DNA from: a candidate division FCPU426 bacterium
GTDB lineage: Bacteria > Oederibacteriota > JAAXVQ01 > JAUVAV01
DNA length: 64,000 nt
Assembly: GCA_040756875.1 (NCBI GenBank)
Contig: JBFLYH010000003.1
Coordinates: 64,001-128,000 of the forward strand
Direction of reading: 5' to 3'
The notes under the pieces are model-generated. The model ran no database searches. It was given only the letters and a program-made list of their open reading frames with translations, and was not told where the DNA came from. Position 1 is the stretch's first letter. Each line of letters starts with the position of its first letter. Below, in pieces: positions 57,881 to 64,000 of this stretch. The translations under genes and the position numbers were made by a program.

Positions 57881-58081
57881 TTATCCGCCGCCCAAAAATT
57901 TCACGATCTCGACCACGTCGCCGGCCGACAAAACCGTGCCCGCAAAATCCGGCTGGCGCAAAATGGCGCCGTTGCGCTCCACGACCACCTGCTGCGGATC
58001 CACCCCGAGCCGGGCGAGCAGGTCCGAAAGCTTCAGTTGGTCGCCGACTTCACGCGGCTCTCCATTGACCGTCAGGCGCAT
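57881..58081 (-). CDS. thiS: Sulfur carrier protein
   Basis: 66 aa; 'VNGE' and 'VERNG'; C-terminal GG; directly upstream of thiG. Confidence 0.93.
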   Translation of the reverse strand: MRLTVNGEPREVGDQLKLSDLLARLGVDPQQVVVERNGAILRQPDFAGTVLSAGDVVEIVKFLGGG

Positions 58082-58117
58082 TCCTGGTTCCTTGTGAACG
58101 GAATTTCCGGCGAGCGG

Positions 58118-59614
58118 CTATTCCATCTCCAGCCGGGGCGGCGTGAACGAAAGCGTCGTTTGGGGCCGGAACGGCTCCACAGCCGGCAGATGCACGATGC
58201 CGACCGTGCGGCAGAGGCGTTCTTCCAGTTCCTCGCGCAACACCGAACCCCGCGACACCTGGCAGAACGAAGCGTACAACCCTTCGGAGGTGAGCAGGCC
58301 CAGGCGCATTTCCCTGGCCCGGGCCACGACTTCTGCCGGGAAAGCCGCGGGCCGCTCGCTGCTGGGGTCGTCCAGCCGGTAGTGGTTGAAAACCAGGACG
58401 CCTTTCCAAATGCGGCCGTCCTCCTCCTGGGCGAAAACCGCGTAGCGCAGCAGGAGCTGCAGGTCTTCCATTTCCGCGGGCCCGGACCGGCCGCTGGCGT
58501 CCATCAGCAGGTTGCCCAGGCGGGTTTCGACCACCAGCAGCGAGTGGTCCTGGGGGTAAGGCCGGACCGTGAATTGCATCCGCCCCAGCACGTCGGCCAC
58601 TTCGCGCCGGAGGTTGTCGCCGTGTTCGTACAGCAGGGACTTGGTCCGCTGCAGTTCGCGGTAGGTCTGGAAATATTTCCGCTGTTCGCGCTCCGCGGCC
58701 CGGATCCGGCGGTTGGCGTCCTCGATCCTCGCCTCCAGCTGCTCCTCGCCCGGCACGTGATAGAGCTCGGCCCAGTCCGGGGTCAGGGTCCGGGCCGGCA
58801 GGCCCTTGGCCTCCTCCACCAGGAGGTCAATGCCCTCCTCCAGGGTGCGTTTGGTGGGCGGCGGCAGCAGGTGCAGGAAATCGGAGATGAAGCGGATCTT
58901 GCCTTCCCCGCCCTGCGGGGCGGGCGCGTCGGCCTGGCGCACGCCGAAGCAGAGCGAGGCAGCCAGGGGTTTGCCGTACCGGTTCAGCGCCAGCGGGATG
59001 CTCTGCCAGAAGAGCTCGTCGCCGCCTTTGAGTTTGCCGTCCCGCCGCAGCCGCTCCTCCAGGTAGCCGAGCCCGGCCGTGGCGTTCAGGTAGCAGTCCC
59101 AACCCGCCACCTGGCGAAGGTATTCCTCGAACTTGACGTCGCTTTCGATCTGGACCGTCTCGCCGCGGATTTCGGTGAGGGAAAAAGCGATGGGCGACCA
59201 GTTGAGGTTGGACCACTCGGGCTCCATGGTGCCGTCCGCGAAATCCACGTAGGAGCCGAACGCCAGGAACGGCGCGAGGATGCAGTACACCTCGCCCCGC
59301 GACATCATCAGGTCGAACAGCTGCGCGCGCATGCGCCCCAGCCGTTCCTTGTCCACGCGCGACATTTTCACGAGGGTGACGCGGTCCAGGGCCGGCAGGT
59401 TGATGATGACCACGTCGAAATCGGCCAGGTCTGGCCAGGGGTCGAGCCAGCCCACGGTGGGCACGGTGCGGGACTGCTGGGAGCCGATGACCAGCACGCG
59501 GCGCTCGCGCGAATCGAGGCGGTAAAACTCGCGCACCATCTCCTCGGCGCGCGGTTCGGCTATCCGCTCGCCGCTCAGGTGAAACAGGTTTTGGTGCCGA
59601 ACGCGTCCGCGCAT
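58118..59614 (-). CDS. Hypothetical protein with a coiled coil and a C-terminal restriction-endonuclease-like fold (catalytic residues apparently lost)
   Basis: Long ORF with host-like codon usage; 'LLYEHGDNLRREVADVL ... KGVLVFNHYRLDDP..R...F'. Start uncertain (59614 or 59539). Confidence 0.6.
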   Translation of the reverse strand: MRGRVRHQNLFHLSGERIAEPRAEEMVREFYRLDSRERRVLVIGSQQSRTVPTVGWLDPWPDLADFDVVIINLPALDRVTLVKMSRVDKERLGRMRAQLFDLMMSRGEVYCILAPFLAFGSYVDFADGTMEPEWSNLNWSPIAFSLTEIRGETVQIESDVKFEEYLRQVAGWDCYLNATAGLGYLEERLRRDGKLKGGDELFWQSIPLALNRYGKPLAASLCFGVRQADAPAPQGGEGKIRFISDFLHLLPPPTKRTLEEGIDLLVEEAKGLPARTLTPDWAELYHVPGEEQLEARIEDANRRIRAAEREQRKYFQTYRELQRTKSLLYEHGDNLRREVADVLGRMQFTVRPYPQDHSLLVVETRLGNLLMDASGRSGPAEMEDLQLLLRYAVFAQEEDGRIWKGVLVFNHYRLDDPSSERPAAFPAEVVARAREMRLGLLTSEGLYASFCQVSRGSVLREELEERLCRTVGIVHLPAVEPFRPQTTLSFTPPRLEME

Positions 59615-59649
59615 GCCTGCCTTGTTTTGATGACTTTTTCTCCACACGA

Positions 59650-59787
59650 GGGCGGTGGGGTGTGCCCGGAACCGGCCTCGCCAGCCTAAACAATAAAAAA
59701 TCTCGGTTTGGATTCGGGTTTGCTTTCCCGAATCCAAACTTAAAATGTCGAAGGCCTTGAGACGGCGAAGGGCGCGCCCCACCGCCC
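59650..59787. repeat. 138-bp rod-like inverted-repeat element downstream of argS
   Basis: 18-nt outer arms match at 16 of 18 positions; perfect 13-bp central stem at 59706-59739. Confidence 0.7.
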
Positions 59788-59794
59788 GACATGT

Positions 59795-61504
59795 TTACAT
59801 CGTTTGCGGGGCGCTGATGCCCAGTAGCGACAATCCGTTCTGCAGCACCTGACGAACGGCCTGCACCAGGGCCAGCCGGCTGCGGGAGGTTTCGGGATCG
59901 CCGGCGTCGAGTACGCGGCAGACCGTGTAGAAGCGGTGGAAAAGAGTCGCCAGGTCGCGCAGGTAAAACGCCAGGCCGTGCGGCTCCAGCGCGACGGCGC
60001 AGGCGGCCAGCGTCTCCGGGAAGGCGGCCAGCTCCCGGGCCAGGGCCAGTTCCTCGGCTGCAGGCGCGTGCCCCGCGAGCGCGGCCTGGTCCACGGCCGG
60101 CGCGGCCAGATTTTCGTCCGCCGCCTTGCTGAGTATACTACAAATCCTCGCGTAAGCATACTGCACATAATAGACGGGGTTGTCCTCGGTGTGCTTGCGC
60201 GCCAGGTCCAGGTCGAAATCCAGGTGGGCCGAGGTGGCGCGCATCAGGAAAAAGAAGCGGGCCACGTCCCGCCCCACCTCGCGCACCAGATCGGCCATGG
60301 TCACGAACTTGCCCGCGCGCTTGGACATGGCCACCGGCTGCCCGGCCTCAAACAGGTTCACCTGCTGGGCGATCAGCACGCGGAAAGCCTCCGGCGGATG
60401 GCCGAGGGCCTGCATGGCCGCTTTCATGCGCGGGATGTAGCCGTGGTGGTCCGGGCCCCAGATGTCCACCAGTTCGGCGTAGCCGCGGGCGTACTTATGG
60501 ACATGGTAGGCGATGTCCGTGGCCAGGTAGGTGAACGAACCGTCGCTTTTTTTCACCACCCGGTCCTTGTCGTCGCCGAAGGCCGTGGAACGGAACCACA
60601 GGGCCCCGTCCTGTTCGAAGAGGTGGCCCCGCGCCTGCAGGTCTTCGATCACCTCGCCGAACGTCCGGATGCCCGAGCCGTCCGGAGGGGTCACCAGGTG
60701 CTGTTCGCGGAACCAGGCGTCGAATTGGACCTCGAAGCTTTGCAGGTCGCGCTGGTGCCAGCCGACGATTTTGGAGATGCCCTGCTCCCGGAACAGCGCC
60801 AAGAGCCGCGCCTGCGGATTTTGGCCCGCCCGCGCGGCCTGGATCGCATCCGCCTGCTCGCGGGCGATCTCCCCCGCCAGTTCGGCGACGTACTCGCCCT
60901 GATAGCCTTCTTCCGGCACCTCGGCCGCCTCGCCCAGGGACTGGCGGTAGCGCGCCAGCAGGGACGCGCCCAGCAGCTGCGCCTGGTTGCCCGCGTCGTT
61001 GACGTAATATTCCGTCGCCACGTCCACGCCCTGGCTGCGCAGGATGCGCGCCAGCGAATCCCCGACCGCCGCGGCCCGGGCGGAGACGATGTTCAGGGGG
61101 CCGGTCGGATTGGCGGAAACGAACTCCAAGAGCAGGCGGCGTCCGCGTCCGGCGTCCGAACGGCCGTAGTCCGCGCCCAGCCGGCGGATGTGGTCGCACT
61201 CCGCCATGAGCACGCGGGGCGAGAGCCTCAGGTTGACAAACCCGGGCTTGACGCCTTCGGCGGATTCGATGTCCGGGTCCTGCCGCAGGAGGTCGGCCGC
61301 GGCCTGGGCCACGACCAGGGGCGGCTTTTTGGTCTGCTTGGCGTACCGCATGGCGAAGTTGCAGGAGAAATCGCCGAAAGCCGGATTGGCGGGGCGCTCC
61401 ACTTCAGGCCGGATATCCAGCCCGGCCGGAATCGCGCCGTCCGCTTCCAGGCGGGCGACGGTATTTTTGATTTTTTCCACGACCTGGTCGGCCAAATAGT
61501 TCAC
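59795..61504 (-). CDS. argS: Arginine--tRNA ligase
   Basis: Motifs 'GDFSCN', 'EFVSANPTGPL', 'EYYVND', 'GPDHHGY', 'MSKRAG' and 'YVQYAYARICSI'. Confidence 0.96.
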   Translation of the reverse strand: MNYLADQVVEKIKNTVARLEADGAIPAGLDIRPEVERPANPAFGDFSCNFAMRYAKQTKKPPLVVAQAAADLLRQDPDIESAEGVKPGFVNLRLSPRVLMAECDHIRRLGADYGRSDAGRGRRLLLEFVSANPTGPLNIVSARAAAVGDSLARILRSQGVDVATEYYVNDAGNQAQLLGASLLARYRQSLGEAAEVPEEGYQGEYVAELAGEIAREQADAIQAARAGQNPQARLLALFREQGISKIVGWHQRDLQSFEVQFDAWFREQHLVTPPDGSGIRTFGEVIEDLQARGHLFEQDGALWFRSTAFGDDKDRVVKKSDGSFTYLATDIAYHVHKYARGYAELVDIWGPDHHGYIPRMKAAMQALGHPPEAFRVLIAQQVNLFEAGQPVAMSKRAGKFVTMADLVREVGRDVARFFFLMRATSAHLDFDLDLARKHTEDNPVYYVQYAYARICSILSKAADENLAAPAVDQAALAGHAPAAEELALARELAAFPETLAACAVALEPHGLAFYLRDLATLFHRFYTVCRVLDAGDPETSRSRLALVQAVRQVLQNGLSLLGISAPQTM

Positions 61505-61538
61505 TGCGACTGATCCTCGTTTCCCTCGCCATTCTTCG

Positions 61539-61566
61539 GTAGGGGCGTTTAATTAAACGCCCCTAC
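61539..61566. repeat. GTAG-type REP palindrome (copy 5)
   Basis: GTAGGGGCGTTTAATTAAACGCCCCTAC. Confidence 0.75.
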
Positions 61567-61582
61567 TCCGGGCGGAGAATTT

Positions 61583-62977
61583 TCATTTTAAATATTCCTG
61601 GTAATCGCCGCCGATCACGAGCGTGACCGAGGGATAGGCGATGTTTTTCGGGATCACCTGGATGCTGTCCTCGCCGAGCCCCAGGATTGTAGCAATTCGC
61701 CGGGCCCAGGGCAAGTTTTCCTGCCTGGTTTTGATAACCGTGCGGGCGAAATCAAAGGACGGCGCGTTGGTCACGTCGCTTTCGCGCGTGTGGATGTTTT
61801 TGGCCAGCAGCCGTTGCGTCACGCGGCTGGCCACGCCCTGCACCCCGCAGCCGTTGAGCACGCGGACCACGGGCTGGGGCCCGCTGGGCAATGGCGCCAG
61901 GCGCGGAGCCGGAGTGGGGGCCGGGGTCGGGGCGGGCGTGGGCAACTCGGCGGCGGGTTCAGCTTCGGAGGATCCGGCGGGTTCGGCTTTCGCGGCGGGA
62001 GCGTCCGTGGGCCGGGCTGCGGGTTCGGCCCGGCGCTTCGGCGGGTTCCCCAGTTCGGCCATCACCCGCCGCACTTCGACCGGATCGGACTCCCAATAAG
62101 AGCGCCCTTCCAGGTAAACCGCCCGGCCGGGCAGGATGGCCTGCCGCCAGGAACCGCCGGCCGCGGTTTTCAGCTCCCAGGCCAGAAACGTGGCCACCGG
62201 CCAGGTGAGGTTGGTCTCCACCTGTTTCATGAAAGTGAAAAACGCCCGGACTGTGCGGGGCAGGCGGGAGAAGCGGATCAACTGGCTGACACAGGCTTTC
62301 ATGAAATTCTGCTGCCGGCGGATGCGCCCCAGATCGCCCTCGCGGTCCTGGCGAAAGCGCACGTAATCCAGGGCCTGACGGCCGTCGAGCAGCTGATACC
62401 CCGGCTCCAGCTGGATGTTCACGCCGCCGGCCTGGTCCTGGTAGTGCATGGCCTTGTCCACGTACAGCGGGATCCCGCCCAGGGCGTCCACCACGCCGAT
62501 GAAATTGGTGTAGCGCAGATGCACGACATAATGCACCTTGACGCCGAGCAGGCTTTCCACGGCGGCGCGGGTCATGGCCAGGGCGTAGCGGCGCGTGCCC
62601 ACGGCGTTGCCGTAGGCGTAGACCGCGTTGATTTTCATGAGGCCGCGCTTGGGCAGGCGGATCAGCGTGTCGCGCGGGACCGAGAGCAGCGCCAGGCGGC
62701 GCGCCAGCGGCTTCCAGTGCATCAGCATGATGGTGTCCGTGTGCTTGGCGTAATCCACATCGTCCGTGCCCAGCACCAGAATATTCACGGATACGGTCGA
62801 AAGGTAGATCGCCCCGGCGGCCAGCAAGGCCAGCCCGGCCAGCCGCACCCCGGTCCGCCAGGCCGGATAATCCGACGCCTGGCTGTCAGCCGGCTGGTCC
62901 GGCACGCGCGCAGCCAGCCGCTGCTGGATGCGGCGGTTGCGTTGGAACCATTTGCGCGGCCGGTGGTGGAGCGGCAT
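61583..62977 (-). CDS. LCP (LytR-CpsA-Psr) family protein with a C-terminal LytR_C domain
   Basis: Motifs 'NILVLGTD', 'TDTIML', 'LSVPRDT' and 'YVRFR..EGDLGRIRRQQ'; C-terminal 'VRVLNGCG' and 'LVIGGDY'. Confidence 0.9.
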   Translation of the reverse strand: MPLHHRPRKWFQRNRRIQQRLAARVPDQPADSQASDYPAWRTGVRLAGLALLAAGAIYLSTVSVNILVLGTDDVDYAKHTDTIMLMHWKPLARRLALLSVPRDTLIRLPKRGLMKINAVYAYGNAVGTRRYALAMTRAAVESLLGVKVHYVVHLRYTNFIGVVDALGGIPLYVDKAMHYQDQAGGVNIQLEPGYQLLDGRQALDYVRFRQDREGDLGRIRRQQNFMKACVSQLIRFSRLPRTVRAFFTFMKQVETNLTWPVATFLAWELKTAAGGSWRQAILPGRAVYLEGRSYWESDPVEVRRVMAELGNPPKRRAEPAARPTDAPAAKAEPAGSSEAEPAAELPTPAPTPAPTPAPRLAPLPSGPQPVVRVLNGCGVQGVASRVTQRLLAKNIHTRESDVTNAPSFDFARTVIKTRQENLPWARRIATILGLGEDSIQVIPKNIAYPSVTLVIGGDYQEYLK

Positions 62978-63009
62978 GGACACCCTTTCTTCCCGAAACC
63001 CGGCCGGAT

Positions 63010-63127
63010 ATGGAGGCCCGGGGTACCCATTCCTACCCTGCGTTTCTTGCAGGGTAGGCGGCGACATCCCCGCAGCAGAAGATCCGTATTCATCCCCGGC
63101 CATAGGCCGGGGTTTTCTGCGAAGGGG
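63010..63127 (-). mobile_element. Non-autonomous IS200/IS605-like mini-element, copy C
   Basis: Hairpin TTCATCCCCGGCC-ATA-GGCCGGGGTTTT; shares GGCGACATCCC and the GGGATAAAA junction with copy A. Confidence 0.55.
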
Positions 63128-63266
63128 ATAAAAAAATCCTCCGGCAGGAGGATGGCTTCATTATAGTAAAGCCCATGAAAACTTCAACCCTATTCCCTGG
63201 CCCCGCGCGCTGCCGGGGAAAATTCACGCTGCAATTCAGCGTTTTTCCGGCATTCCGACTTTTCGC

Positions 63267-63294
63267 TTGCATCCGGGGATTTACGCGGTAAAAT
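63267..63294 (+). promoter_or_regulatory. Sigma70-type promoter of bioB
   Basis: TTGCAT-N16-TAAAAT. Confidence 0.5.
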
Positions 63295-63295
63295 C

Positions 63296-63329
63296 ATTGT
63301 CAACCTTGGCCTGTCAAGAGGTGAACATT
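63296..63329. promoter_or_regulatory. BirA-type biotin operator
   Basis: ATTGTCAAC-N16-GTGAACATT matches the TGTtAAC-N14/16-GTTaACA pattern and lies between the promoter and RBS of bioB. Confidence 0.65.
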
Positions 63330-63346
63330 TCGGTTTGGAGGATTCC

Positions 63347-64000
63347 ATGACCATCAGCGCCGCCGTTCCCATCGGCCTGCATCCAAAGGTGCAGGCCGCA
63401 TACGATGTGCTGTCCGGCCGGCTCCTTGACCGCGACCTGGCCCTGAGCCTGGGCTGCCTGGAAGGCGCGGACATCCTCGACCTCGCCTCCCTCGCCCATA
63501 AAGTCAGGCTGGCTTTCGCGCCCCAGACCCGGCTGTGCACGATCCTGAACGCCAAATCCGGCGCCTGCTCGGAGGACTGCAAGTTCTGCGCCCAGTCCGG
63601 CCATCACTCGGCCGGCATCGAGGTCTATCCCCTGCTGTCTGAAAGCCGGATCCTCGAAGCCGCGGGTCAGGCCTACGACCAGGGCGTGCGCACTTTCGGC
63701 CTGGTCACCAGCGGCCGGGGCTGGGATCGCCTCTCGCCCGAAACGGAGACCGTGCTGGCCATGGTCCGGGCCCTGCGCGGCCGGTTTCCAGACCTGGAAA
63801 TCTGCGGTTCGTTCGGCATGCTGGGCGAGGACGTGGCGGCGGCCCTGGCCGCGGCCGGCGTCCGCCGTTACAATCTGAACCTGCAGGTGGCGCCCGGCCG
63901 CTACGCGGACCTGGTGTCATCCACCCACGCGGTTTCCGAACGCCTGGACACGATCAGGCTCCTGAAACGCCACGGCATCCAGACCTGCGTGGGCGGCATC
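63347..64000 (+). CDS. bioB: Biotin synthase (3'-truncated by the window edge; absent from the ORF track)
   Basis: Hand translation from the ATG at 63347 (GGAGG RBS) gives 'CTILNAKSGACSEDCKFCAQS', the BioB radical SAM signature. Confidence 0.9.
   Translation, partial: MTISAAVPIGLHPKVQAAYDVLSGRLLDRDLALSLGCLEGADILDLASLAHKVRLAFAPQTRLCTILNAKSGACSEDCKFCAQSGHHSAGIEVYPLLSESRILEAAGQAYDQGVRTFGLVTSGRGWDRLSPETETVLAMVRALRGRFPDLEICGSFGMLGEDVAAALAAAGVRRYNLNLQVAPGRYADLVSSTHAVSERLDTIRLLKRHGIQTCVGGI

Noticed and set aside
59615-59782. N-terminal extension of the 554-aa ORF
   Set aside because: It runs through the fold-back element with atypical codons; the true start is probably 59614 or 59539.
59540-59790. 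TPP riboswitch upstream of the thi cluster
   Set aside because: The region is structured but lacks the TPP core in the proper arrangement. It is better explained as an inverted-repeat element.
62978-63103. N-terminal extension of the LCP protein
   Set aside because: It reads through mini-element copy C; the start at 62977 (or GTG at 62983) is more plausible.
1-64000. tRNA, rRNA, integrase, transposase or prophage genes
   Set aside because: None was recognised by eye; tRNAscan-SE and Infernal were not run.

Overview
GC-rich chromosomal segment of a diderm (LPS-producing) bacterium, with almost all genes on the minus strand. Core content: the 3' part of an alpha-2-macroglobulin gene; a lipid A/core operon (GnnA-like oxidoreductase, lpxB, waaA, lpxK, GT9, GT2, plus a Zn-dependent phospholipase C-like gene); hflX; hisDCBHAFI-trpE-trpG; murA; rpsF-ssb-rpsR-DUF2232-rplI-dnaB-alr-mlaEFD-radA-ispDF; thiSGHE; argS; an LCP protein; and the 5' part of bioB with a BirA-type operator. 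The most unusual item is a stand-alone 13.6-kb gene for a secreted 4535-aa protein. Its YD/RHS-like repeats grade into about 38 tandem copies of an unfamiliar 54-aa repeat, and no RHS cleavage motif or toxin tip is recognisable. Other notable items: (1) several families of small palindromic elements, including three IS200/IS605-like mini-elements with co-varying guide and cleavage tetranucleotides, two copies of a structured TIR element, five GTAG-type REPs, and an in-frame palindromic insert inside the macroglobulin gene; (2) an AT-rich islet with an SDH/ClpP-class protease and an unannotated, translationally coupled 58-aa ORF; (3) a probable catalytically dead restriction-endonuclease-fold protein. 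No tRNA, rRNA, CRISPR array, transposase or integrase was seen. All calls come from motif recognition by eye; no searches were run.
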